A stretch of DNA of 49,967 nt, filler included, from Jimgerdemannia flammicorona (lineage: Eukaryota), in NCBI GenBank assembly GCA_003990765.1. It is 2 parts of 2 records of this genome, joined end to end, with 100 filler letters (N's around TTAATTAATTAA, not from the genome) between each part and the next. Parts side by side here need not be neighbours in the genome. Positions count along the whole stretch, not along the records: positions 25,039 to 49,967 come from RBNJ01000905.1; 1 more part is not named here. One strand, 5' to 3'. Below are positions 38,413 to 49,967 of this stretch, piece by piece (within the stretch, counting starts at the first letter, position 1; each line of letters opens with the position of its first letter). The position numbers and the translations under genes are program-made. The notes beneath the pieces are model-generated. The model worked only from the letters and a program-made list of their open reading frames with translations. It was not told the origin of the DNA and ran no database searches.

Positions 38413-40990
38413 TTAGCAGCCTGAGCCCCACCAAGACTTCAGACACATACATGCCCAGATTGTCTCAGCATTCAGTGCACACCTCTTTGGGGCAACGAGG
38501 TCCACCCCACCTGAGAACACCCACTTGACAAGAGCGCTGGAGGCAGGAATCGCCAGGTAGTCCCAAGCCATACTATATAGGCTGGGGAAGTCTGTTTGAC
38601 GCAGCTGCATGCCCCAGTGGGTAGAGCGGTGGTTAGGTTGGTGGGTTAAATTGGCCCAATACCCGCCTGACAATGTCTACCTGACAACCCACCTTCTACC
38701 AGTTGAGCACCTCCATGCCCTCCAGCAGGATCACGTGGTTGCTGGCGAGGTAAATGGTGAGTTCATTTATTGATGGCAGCTCTTCCACTGATGGCTCTCT
38801 CTTCCTCTTTCTGTTGAAGTAAATGTGGGACAGGAGGGAACCCTCAGCATATTCATCCAGACTATGGCCAGAACCTTGCGGCAGTGCATAGTTTTTCCAG
38901 TACACTTCAATTATGGCCTACTTGGTTCTCTCAATGAAGTGCTACTCCCAGCCCTGATCTTTATGGTATTGTAGCTTTAAGTGTGGGTCCAGCACTGTTT
39001 GAAGAAAAGGAGAGTGAGTTTTTGTGGGGTTTCCTCTGTTTTGGAAGGGGCAATGACCACATGCTGACATTGACATACCTGTACTGATTGAGTATATAGC
39101 AGTATCTGTTTGGGAGTAGTATTTCCTGAGCTTGCTTAGAGCAACCTCCATGGCATCTCTCTGATCTGGGCTTAACCATAAATCACCACAACCTTCCAGC
39201 CTATCCTCAAGCTTGTCCTCTAGCCAGTCAATCAGAAGGTTGTATGTATACTGGTATCGCAGAGCTTATTGTCAGGGTCATTTGTTTGACTATATCCTTC
39301 ATACAATCGTCGAAACACTGGCAGTTATATGTGGTGAGGTGTTGTATTGTGTAGAGGCAGACAAAATGAGTGTGGAGTCAGAGCAATCACCACTTACTTC
39401 CAAAATTCTGACAACATTCCTAAGTACATCCCACTCACTTTCACCTAGAGCCTCGGCCCATATTTCCTTGTTAGCAGCCATTATTGAATCTATTGGCTTT
39501 TTTTTTTTTTAAAAATAAATCTTCCATCATCTGAAACAGTTGCTTCAGCCGACCAAAGAAAAAAAGGATGTATACCACAGCAAACTCCAGTGCATGCTGG
39601 ATCATTGCAAATGTTGAGTTCCAATGTGTACAGACGTCCAATATAAGCTCTTTTGGGGCTAAACTAATTGCCCTACACTGTGTAGCAAATTTGTCTCATC
39701 ATTGTGGGGATGATCAGACTGATACAACCAGTTTGCACAGCTTGGAAATTATACTCAGGGCCCCTCCTCTCTCAGATGTTTTGTCTATATTCGTAAGATA
39801 GTCCTGAATAGTGAGGTTCAGTACATGGGCCTGGCATCGCACACGGCAGCTTTCTGCACCGAAGGCCACATTTTCCTGTTTGAGGCTGGCCGCTAAAACT
39901 TGGAAAAATGTTGAGTTATTTGTGGCATTATCTGTCGTAATGGACAAAATCTATACTTGAAATATTTGGTTGGCAAATTATGTGAAAATAAATAACCAAC
40001 AAAATCTGTTCTATTTAAGGATCTCCCTCAAAATGCTGACCTGATGGCAAGCCTCCCTTTTTTTACCTTGGTTGTGATCCTAAGCTCCTGGATACAACTA
40101 ATAAAAGTATCTATGATGTTGTCTCCAGAATGAGGGCCAGCAAGTTTGACGAAGTCAAGGGTGAGAGATTTAAGCTACCAATCGAGGTCAATCTAATGAC
40201 TGGTAATGCCCAAAAATGAAATTGCATTGGGAGATGTCTATGTGTCGATCGTAAATGAAATTTTGTCTGCCGAATTCTGCTTATTGAATGTAAGGTTAAA
40301 TTGGTGAGCTCTTTTATATAATTCAGCTTGCAAAGTCATAGTACTGCCCTTATTTTACCTGAAGTATCTGGTGGAGATTGTTATGCTCCTTCCTATAGGC
40401 CTCCAGGACATCTTTATGAATAGTATCGGCACTTGGCAAATATAAATCATGCTTGAGGAGACCAAAGATGCTATGCAATTGATCACTCTCAATGGTTGTG
40501 AATAGCTGGTCTATACATACAATCCAGCAAATGAGCTGATTTCGAAATTCTGCCAAAGAGTATGGCTAAATATTTTTGATTAAATAGTGTTGTTGGTATA
40601 GAAATGGTTGGGCAATTGGATAAACATACCCACCACAGCTTGGATGTCGATTTTATTTGTCTCCATGTTCTTTTTGATTTTTTCAGAGTGCTTGTCTTTT
40701 ATGTGTCAATTCATGTTCGAGGTCATACCACTAAGTATTTTGAACTTCTAGCTAGTGCAGTTTATGGGGGTGGATGAAACAATATCATGTGTGTATCAAA
40801 CAAGTCAATAGGTGTGTCTTAATTTTTTATCTGCAATAATTATAAACAACATCATCTCCTATCTTAGCACAATTTTGCCAGATTTCAGAGCAAGGATTAC
40901 ATGGAAGGTGTGGAACTATCAGGGATGTTTGACTTGAAGCATCATTGATACTGTGAACTGTTGAAGACTGATCTGTCGACATGTATGTTT
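38413..40990 (-). pseudogene. Intron-containing hAT transposase (BED finger, DDE core, dimerization domain), inactivated by stops
   Basis: SEIWQNC, FTIDT*TS, LDFVKLAGPHSG, ITTDNATN, RCQAHVLNL, DVCTHWNST, VLDPHLK, FPSLYSMAWDYLAIPASS..VFSGG..CLKSW. Confidence 0.9.
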
Positions 40991-42538
40991 GTATGTTTGC
41001 ATGTACATATGTGTGCATGTGTGTGTGTTGTGTATGTATGTATGTATAATGTGTTGTAGATACATCTGGCATATGAGTCATATGGAGGATTTGGATTAGA
41101 GGATTCAGATTGAGTGATTCGGATTGAGTAATTCAGATTGAGTGATTTGGATTGGAGTGGTTCAGATGGGTGATTCGGATGGGGCAATTTGGATGGAGCA
41201 ATTCAGATTAATCTGAGTTGATTCAGATGGCTTCGGATTTGAGATTCAGATCGAACTGTCATGTGATGAATCAAATCCAGATTTGATTTGAATTGACTCA
41301 TTCAGAGCACTAGCTGTCTAGGTTCTAATTATCATTTTATCTATTAATATAATAATTAATATCTATTTATTTTATAAATATTGTTACTTGGTCTACTTTG
41401 CCTTTAAATAGTATAAGTCAGAGACCTTTTATATATTTGTTTATCTTAATACTAAAGTGAAGAGCTTGGATAAGTATAACTATCTGATCAGTCAGAGCTG
41501 CTCTCTTTTTATCTACTGATATCATTCTACTATTCTCATTACTTATATAGTAGGATGGTAGTAGTCTTTCTTTAGATACTATTATCTCAAGAGTAGTGTG
41601 ATATATAGTCATTTCTTTTATAATATCACTAAGATGAGTGACTTTGGTCCAGTCCATAGATTAGTAGTTTTAACAGATTTATTATTAAATCTTTTATAGT
41701 AATTCTTAGTAGACTTAATATTCTTAACAGTGGGTTTATAGTAGTACTAAGATCACTAGTATCAGATTCTGATATTTTTTCAACTATTCTTCTAGATTGA
41801 GATAATGTAGTAGAGGTTTTACTAAGTCTGATAGTTTGTAATTCTCACTATTAGATTATCTTTACTTATGTATAAAGAACTCAGTAATAGAGATAAGATT
41901 TCCTTTATTTAGTATAATATTCTTTATAGTTCAGAAAGGTCTTAACTTTATATTAGTAATTATTGAGGAGAAAATTTAGAAAATATTCACTTATAGCTTC
42001 AATAGATACTTTTGTGAATTTTTTATAGATATAGCTACTGATTAACTTTTTGAATTTCTCTCTAATACCTTGAGTATGAGTAGAATCTTTATTAAATATA
42101 ATAAATATGTTAAATACTTCTTATATAGTTTTATTATTGAGATTGTTGAATTTTCTTAGCTAGTATAGATTTCAGTCTATTTGGTAATAATTCTATTAAC
42201 TTCTTCAGTTTAGTTCTAGAGAGTAGCCAGAGTAAAGATATTCTTTGATTATTACTGATAATATTGATGATATTGACTAAGTTCTCTTTAAAATTATCTA
42301 TATTCATAGTGAGTTCCTTAAGAGAAACTTGCTTGTAGATAAGAGTAACTTTCTACTACTACTAAATAGTAATAAAACTATTTATAACAGAATTAATATA
42401 TTGTGAATAATTAAAGATAACTATTAGTCCAAAGTTCTGAGTTCTATAAGTAAGTGCTAAGTTCTAAATATCTATTATAGTAGTATACTCTAAATATTAC
42501 TTTTAGGTTCTTATACTGATAGAGGTACTATACTTATA

Positions 42539-43712
42539 CATCTCTTTCTCTGCTACCTTACTGGTTACAATGGTTTGGTAGGTAATCTTTCAAGTCTACT
42601 TTTCACATTTATTACCCCCTCCACCTTAGGTTGGTTTGCTATATCTATTATAGGGCAGTGGGAGGGAGGCAATGGTGATGAGTTGCTCCTTTATTGGTAT
42701 CTGATTAGTGTCTTCTCTACTTTTTCACAGTTTCTGATATCTTTGGCTGTATCTAGAGTATATCCATTTTGGTGTGGCACTTTCTTTCTTTTGTTATCAC
42801 CAATAAGATACTGTCTCAGTGTGTCACAGATTACATAGGGAGTCAGCCAACCTTGGACATCAAGTGCCTAGTGTAGGTTACCTGCAGATCCTCAGTACCT
42901 GTGGTGGAGCCCTCTGGCTTTGGTAAGCTTTCTAGTGAGCATGGTTCTGGCATAGATGATGGTTTTTTGGGTGTTGTCAGGATGGAAGAGGAGATGGCCA
43001 TCATAGATAGGAGGAAGAATGATTATAGTAAACCAGTAAAGTACTGGGCTGGGGGTGGTCATTAGGGCTAGGGCAGATGCTACTTTGGTGGGGCCTTCTG
43101 ATTAGTATGGAGTGGTTAGGTGATAGGTATCACTCTCAGCTTCTTTTGACAATTCAGTGGATTGGGCCTCAGTTGTTGTAGGGAATTGGGGGGCCTGAGA
43201 CTATCTATTTTAGGTAACTTGGCTACACTCAACTAGAATCAGGAGCTGATATTGAGGCCTGCAGGCTTGAGTAGTGGGGTATTGGGGGTCTCCTCTCACC
43301 TCATGTATAAGTTCTTTATTCACCTTGACAGGGAGAACCAGACCCTATCTACCATGATGTACTTTGATGAGGGTTTTTCTTTATCTATCATTCTCTTTAG
43401 AGTGGCAGGGGCTATTCTATTCAGCTTGAGCATAGTCTTGTACATATGTTGAGGTCTCAGATATATACTTTTGGTCATTGGCATATGGCTGGGTTCTCTC
43501 TGATATTAGGAAGAGCATAGTATGCAGAATGAGATATAGGCCACTATAGGTCTTGCTGTACCTGGTATAATTGAGCTGCTGAACAATAGCTAGTCTAGGT
43601 TAATAAGGGGGCAGTGCTTGGTGAGTAGTGGGGGAGGGTTTTGGCCTATATAGTCTAGATTTCCTTCTAATAAAAATCCATAGGACTTTGAGTCTGTTAA
43701 AAAAAAAAAAAA
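42539..43712 (+). mobile_element. ~1.2-kb poly(A)-tailed retroposon, copy 2
   Basis: TSD gaggtactatacttata at 42522-42538 and 43714-43730; aataaa then A tail at 43699-43712. Confidence 0.88.
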
Positions 43713-44393
43713 GGAGGTACTATACTTATATCTCAAGTTAATTAGGCTCAGAATTATTAACAAGTTGGGTCTGAGAGTTTTGATAAAAATATTACTTTAT
43801 TCTTATATTTAGAGAAAGCAGAGCTGAGAATACAATATACTTAATATAAAGAGTATTAAGACTATAGCTAAATATATGTAGTATACTAGATATATATATA
43901 TATATAGTTATACTATATATAGTAATTGTGACTATTATATTAAATATTCTATTAAAATTCCAGTAGTTTATTATTATATAAAAAACTAAAGAAAGTTATG
44001 ATAGTTAATTTAAATTAGAAATAAGAATTAAATAGTAGATATTTAATTATAATATCAGAATTTAATTTTCAAATTTAAATAGAATATAGTTAATATTTAG
44101 AACATTTATAATAAGATTTCTAATAAAATTTATAATAAAATTTCTTTAATAAGATTATTAATAAGATTTATAATATTAAGTAACTTATAACTTAGCTATT
44201 ATATAGCTAGTAAAAATCTATATAAATAATTTAATATCTTAAAATATAAATCTCAGTTCAAAATAGTTTAAAAGTAAAAAACTAAATATCTTATAAGTAG
44301 ATATATCTTTGAATTTACTCATCTTTGGAAGAATTAAAGAAGATCAAGAATTAAAATAAAAAAAATCTACCATATTTTTCAGATTAAATATCT

Positions 44394-45574
44394 TTTTATT
44401 TTATGGACTCAGAGTTCTGCAGATTTTTATTAGAAGAGAACTTAGACTATATAGGCCAAAACTCTCTCTCACTACCCATTAAGCACTACTCTCTCATTAA
44501 CCTAGGCTAGCTATTGTCCAGCAGCTTAACTATACTAGGCATAGTAGGGCCTATATTGGCCTATATCTCATTCTGTACACTATATTCTCCCTACCACCAG
44601 GGGGAACTCAGCTATATGCTAATGACTGAAAGCATATACCCAAGACCCCAACATATGTATAAGACCATACCTGAGCTGAATAGAATAGCCCCTGCCACCC
44701 TAAAGAGAATGACAGGTAAAGAAAAACTCTTATCAAAGTATATTACAGTGGGTAGAGTCTGGTTCTTCCAGATGAGGTAAGTAGAGGACTTATGTATAAG
44801 GTGAGAGAAGACCCCTAATATCTCACTACTCAAGTCTGCAGGCCTCAATCATATTACTATATCAGCTCCCAGTTCCAGTTGAGTACAGCTAAGATACCTG
44901 AAATAGGTAGTCTCAGGCCCCCTGACTCCCCCTCAACAACCAGGGCCCAATCTGCCAAATCACCAAAAGAAGTTGAGAGTGATACCTACTACCTAACTGC
45001 TCCATACCAATCAAAAGGCCCCACTAAAGTAGTACCCACCTTAGCCCTGACAACTGCCTCCAGTCTGGTACCCTACTGGTTCACTATAATCACCCTTCTA
45101 TCTATCTGTAACAGCCATCTCTCCTCCCATCCTGACAATATCCAAATAACAGTCACCTATGTCAGAACTGTACTCACCAGGAAGCTTACTAAAATCAGAG
45201 AGCTCTACTACAGACACTGAGGACCTACAGATAACCTATACTGAGTACTTGATGCCCAAGGTTAGCCAACTCCCTATATAATCTATAACACACTGAGACA
45301 ATATCTTATTGATAATAGCAAAAGGAAGAAGGCACCACACTAAAATGAGTACATCCCAGATATAGCTAAAGGCACCAGAATATATGAAAAAGTAGAGAAG
45401 ACACCAAACCAACACTGATAAAGAGGCAATATATCACCATTGCCCTCCTTCTACCATGTCCATATAGGTACAGCAAACCAACCTGAGGTAAAGAGAGTAA
45501 TAATAGGAAAAAGAAAACTCAGAAGGTTATCTACCAAACCTTGTGACTGATAAGGTAGTGGAGAAAGAGTTGTC
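44394..45574 (-). mobile_element. ~1.2-kb poly(A)-tailed retroposon, copy 3 (inverted relative to copy 2)
   Basis: Reverse complement is collinear with copy 2. TSD tcagatt(a/t)aatatct at 44379-44393 and 45575-45589. Confidence 0.88.
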
Positions 45575-45724
45575 TCAGATTTAATATCTACTACATTATA
45601 ATATTTAATAATTTATTATTAATGTTGAAATATTTTATTATACTTAATACATTATTTAAATATATCAAATATAATTAATACAAATAAATTTATCCATATA
45701 ATAACCTATCAATCCCAAAAGAGG

Positions 45725-47766
45725 TTATATAACATGATGATTGCCAGCGTCAGCCATCCTCGCCATCTTAAATCTAGATATCTTTTTTGGCAGAGTTTCT
45801 TCCTGTTGTTGGAAATTCGAAATATTGTCCAAGGATAATGGCAGATCTTCCTCGATGGCCTATTCCGCATATGATAGAGAAAGCACGTAAATATCATCCT
45901 ACAATCCACAAGTTATGACACCTTACACAAGAAATTGGTATGACTCTACAAACCTCAAACTCCGGGATTGATTCCTCCGCGAAAGTAAACCCTCCTTGGG
46001 AGGCCACTATATCATGCCGGTGGCGGTAATATTCGGCCGTGATCTAAAGGAGCCCACCCACATCCATTTGTAAAAATAAATAAATAAAACAAACGGAATT
46101 TCTGGGTTACGAACATGCGGCTGTGTCATGACCTTAATTCCATACCTCTCGCTGTAACATATCTGCCTCGATCTCGTCCTCATTCACATTCTCCGGTTCC
46201 CTCTCAATCACCGCGTGTTTCATCGCCACTATTTTCTCCGGAGTTCGCGATGGCAACTCGAAGATATTATTCGTATTCATCATCGTCTGATCCCTCATTG
46301 CTTGTCGTTGGTCGTTTATCGTTTGCTTGAATTTAGACATTTTCTTTGTCCCTTTGTCTGCCACCCGCACTTGCGGAGGTTCATGGCGTGGCACAAGTAT
46401 TTCTTCTCTCGCTACGACGACTGTATGTGCAGTCAGAACGGTTTCATGTTCATAATCAAGGTTCGTCGTTGCCACATCAGAGAATGAACTGATTTGGGGG
46501 TTTCCAGCAACCTGGTCAGCAACCTGGTTAGACGAAATGTCGAGTGAAAGCATTTGTGTATAGATATCCGCAGGAGAACGGATCACAGAACTAAGATCGC
46601 GATGTGATTGCAGAGTTGCGGCAGGGATCAAAGGGTGTGAAGTCTCTGTGCCTGGCATTGTCGTGAGACGCGCCGACCCCACCTCTCCGATTTCCTCCAT
46701 CTCCGCTAGTTCTGCCGATTCTCGTCCTGCATGCTCTATATCGTCCAAATGATCAAAAAAATCTTCACCTAAATCTTCGTCATCTCCTTCCGTCGTCGAT
46801 TCATCTATCTCTTTGTGTTCTCGTTTTTTGTCATTCTTTTGCTCTCCGTCGAACTCCTTGTCTTCTTCCTCTTCCAATTCTCGCAATTTCCGAAGAAGCT
46901 CTGCATCCTCCGCAATTTCCAGTGGGGATTTATGACGAGATGATGACACAAATCGCGATTCTGATAAGAAGTTTTTTCTGTCTGATTCCGCCGCTCGGAA
47001 TTCGTCTGCGGTAATTTCTTCTCTTATATCAACGAAGGGCAAGCCCTCTTCATTGAACTGCAAAATGCAATGAAATGAAGATGTCTACAAATCGCTGATT
47101 TCGAAATGTCTAGTAACAATGAAGTGCTGACAAAATTATTGGTACCTCTTGTCTGTCAACTTTGAATAGACCCAGGGTAATGCCCGCTCTGGCACGAGAA
47201 TCAGCAAGTTGCTCCTCCAGATTCTTGATGTTTTCTTTTACGACTATCGTAGGGGAATACGACAAGATGAGTAAGAATTCAAAGGGTCGATTGTTGAAGC
47301 CAATATAAAGAGTTTATCGGAATAATTGCCAGGCCCAAGTATATGGCATAAGTAAGTCATAGAAGTCTCAAACTCACATTGCTGCCTTCTTCTTACAATG
47401 GCAGAGGCCTGGTTTGACGACTGTTCGGCGAACCAATTATCCCCCAACAGTACGAGAATCTCATTCGTGTGAATCATTTTGCCGGACATGAAGGCAAGCT
47501 TGCCTATTGGCACCTATCAAGCATTTGGGTGGACAAGACGAGAACAATTTAATAAACACTTCTGCACCCAAGTGAAGGTGTGGTTCCGAACATACCATGA
47601 TGTCATAAGTTGTTTCCGTGGGCAAAGTCGACAGAGTGTCGCGAAGAGTATCGTATTCCTTCTCATATGTGCGCCAATTCTCAAGAGCCGACCCAATACT
47701 ACGAAGAGACTTATTGATCTTGTCAGAGTACTTTGCGACCTCGTTTAGATCGAAGTCCATTGCCAT
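45725..47766 (-). CDS. URI1: Unconventional prefoldin RPB5 interactor (URI1/Bud27); exons 47766-47596, 47513-47378, 47243-47146, 47057-46146, 46043-45954, 45859-45725; 513 aa
   Basis: Prefoldin-alpha motif IMVPIGKLAFMSGKMIHTNEILVLLGDNWF, then NEEGLPFVDIREE, an acidic linker, REITAEYYR, and terminal KKISRFKMAR. Five GT-AG introns give a 1542-nt frame. Confidence 0.9.
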
Positions 47767-48377
47767 GACTGACTTAAAAGTTCGTCCCAAACACACAAAA
47801 GTCCAACAGCTTCGAAATTGTGGCTTATCTATTTTTGTTATGCAATCAATTCGAATCGAGGTATGTATATACAAAATCCAATAACTCCAAATTTGCTTGT
47901 TAGATTTACCTTATCTAGGTGAATCAAACACAATAAAAATCATCAAATATAAATGAATTTTTGTTCAGTTATTGCATTTCAAAGTTTGGCTCTCAATTTT
48001 GATCTCATTTAATTTAAATTTAATTTGATTTTAATCTAATTCAGACTGAATAATCCTATTTTAATTTATTTGAGAGTACTATTTTTTTTTTTTCTACAAA
48101 ATTATAATTTTTTTATTTTAATTTAGAATTTTATTTTTTAAAAGTTAATTTTTTTTTTTAAATTTTTTTTTTAAAAGTAGTTAAATATTTTTTATTTACT
48201 ATAATATAGTAAATATATAACTTATATTTTATTAACCAATTTGACCCAAGGTTTATTCAATCTAGATATTAGATTATTTATATAGATTTGCTAACTATAT
48301 GTATAACAGCTAAGTTAGAACTTTTTTTTTTATAAGTTATTTTATAATTATAAGATTATAAGTTTTTTTTTATATAG

Positions 48378-49967
48378 TGTGATGGTACAGCCAGATTTGG
48401 AAGAAGGAAATAGGGAATAGACACTTGATCACACCCATTCCCAAAGTAGTATAGCATTATAGTTAGCAGTCCTCGATTTCAACATTGTCTAATTTTTTAG
48501 ACATTGTCTAAATTTTAGACATTATCCAAATCGAATACTCCAATTTAGTATAGCATTTAGACATTGTCCAAATGTTTCGACAAAGTCCAAATGACTTATT
48601 TATTACTTAGCCATCCTCTCATAGCTAGCAAACTTGTATAAATAACCCAGTATCTTCGAGTGAATAAACTTCAGATCGAAATAGTTCAAAGCAAAGAGAT
48701 AGCAAAGGAACTAGTAAGTCTGCAGGCAGATATACTTCGAACTCACCCACCCTCCCCTGCCACTTCAAGAGACTCTGCGAGAGTCAGAACAGTCAAGTTT
48801 TCAAGATACAGAAATCCGATGTACTTTTAAGAGTAAGCGTCTGCTACATTACAACTTGGTGCCCATTGGCTGGTGATTCAAGACGAATCCTTCACTTTCA
48901 AGCTGAACAATGAACAACCACCACTACCCGAACAATCATACAAACCGAGCCCCAATACCCAGATAAGATGGATATGAGACCACCAGTATTCCATGGATAT
49001 ACCTCAGATAAATCAATTATCACCTTCATTGACGATTTCAAGCAGTATGCTGCCGTAAGGACTCTGACAGCAGCACAGCAAGTAGCTCTCATGCTCTTCA
49101 GCCTATGAGGCCCTGTCAGAGCAGCATTCACAGTCGCAACCCATGCAGGAAATGATGCTGATGCTATACTGATGGCACAGAAGACCTGGCTCAGAAACAC
49201 ATTATATAGATGAGATCAAGCAAGCCCTAAAGGATCAGCTCAACACAATGTGCCAAGGAATGAGTGAGGACCCAAACACATTCTATACCAGAATTTGATA
49301 TCAGATAATCCTTGCGGATTATGCTGCTGCTACCCGAGATCAAGTAGCCAAAGCAACCTTCATGAAAGGAGTCTATCCAGAAATAGCCATGGCCATCCGC
49401 TCATCACCAGTGATTCTGGATCTGCCACAGAGGGTCACCTATGCTCAGCGATACTGGATAGCCAGACACCCACAAGACCATACAATGGAGAGAGTTACAG
49501 GAGTCAGAATCAAGGCACCCAAGGCAACCAGTGTGATCCCCACCACAATGATCAATCGAAACACACCTCAGCCAAAAGCTACAGAGCAGCAAAAGAACAG
49601 TGACCCTATGGAGGAACTCACCAAAAGGTTTGCTGAAATGACTGCCCACCTGGGAGATGTGGTAAAGGAAATCTGAGGAAGAGATTGCCACCCTGTTCAG
49701 AAGTTTGCCACCACCTCAGACAAGAAGAAAGGTACCTGCTACAGCTGTGGAGAAGAAGGCCACTACTCCTATGAATGTATGAGCGAAACCAAGCACAAGG
49801 CTCAATCAAGTAATGCCACATGAAACAAGGAGCAGGCCAATATAATTACCTTCGAGGAGATCGGAGATTCTGATGAAGAAGAATGGGAGGCCTATCCTGC
49901 TCAGACCACCAAGAAGGATGTTCGCAAAGAACCCTACAAGAGACCGCCAGGAAGACCCAAGAAGAAC
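48378..49967 (+). mobile_element. Ty3/Gypsy-like LTR retrotransposon, copy 3: 5' LTR 48378-48853, PBS, decayed gag running off the window
   Basis: Termini TGTGATG...CATTACA, then act + tggtgcccattgg. Gag motifs MRPPVFHG..FIDDF..YA, L*GP..AAF, FMKGVYPEI, and CCHC CYSCGEEGHYSYEC near 49740. Confidence 0.82.

Larger units (their letters stand above)
34932..41312 (-). mobile_element. Complete hAT DNA transposon, 6381 bp, with transposase and cargo gene
   Basis: TIRs TAGTGCTC(CA/TG)AATG at 34932 and 41312. 8-bp TSD GCTGTCTA at 34924-34931 and 41313-41320. Subterminal ggatt/gatcc arrays at about 34960-35180 and 41085-41290. Confidence 0.95.
32659..42520 (-). mobile_element. Ty3/Gypsy copy 2 (extremely decayed relative of copy 1), split by the hAT and cut by Copia 2
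   Basis: Minus-strand relics: gag LTDQIVIL..LFKGKVDQV (about 41400-41500), KEDLETFVIRLEILLNTI (about 34600), decayed CCHC (about 34230), dUTPase (33700-34110), protease VKILIDNRAS (about 33350), RT start (about 32700-32860). Right boundary uncertain. Confidence 0.75.

Overview
Eukaryotic, almost certainly fungal DNA: short GT-AG introns, a MET10-type sulfite reductase, and an F-box gene style that suggests an early-diverging, Mucoromycota-like lineage (inference). Two host gene islands retain their CpGs: sulfite reductase flavoprotein + F-box/LRR + NRT2 nitrate transporter (5.3-12.7 kb) and URI1/Bud27 (45.7-47.8 kb). They sit among nested, C>T/G>A-hypermutated transposons: two Copia copies, three Ty3/Gypsy copies, a complete Ngaro-type tyrosine-recombinase retrotransposon, a complete 6.4-kb hAT, a hAT fragment, and three copies of a ~1.2-kb poly(A)-tailed retroposon. 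An artificial 100-bp spacer at 24939-25038 means the two halves may not be contiguous. Best candidates for novelty: (1) the hAT (34932-41312) carries a spliced cargo gene with TET/JBP-like 2OG-Fe(II) dioxygenase motifs plus repeat arrays, a possible transposon-borne anti-silencing system; (2) a Gypsy lineage has a dUTPase between nucleocapsid and protease, and one copy has a 2-kb LTR whose U3 holds a decayed 365-aa ORF with two PPxY motifs, an architecture reminiscent of MMTV. All assignments come from manual reading and translation; no searches were run.
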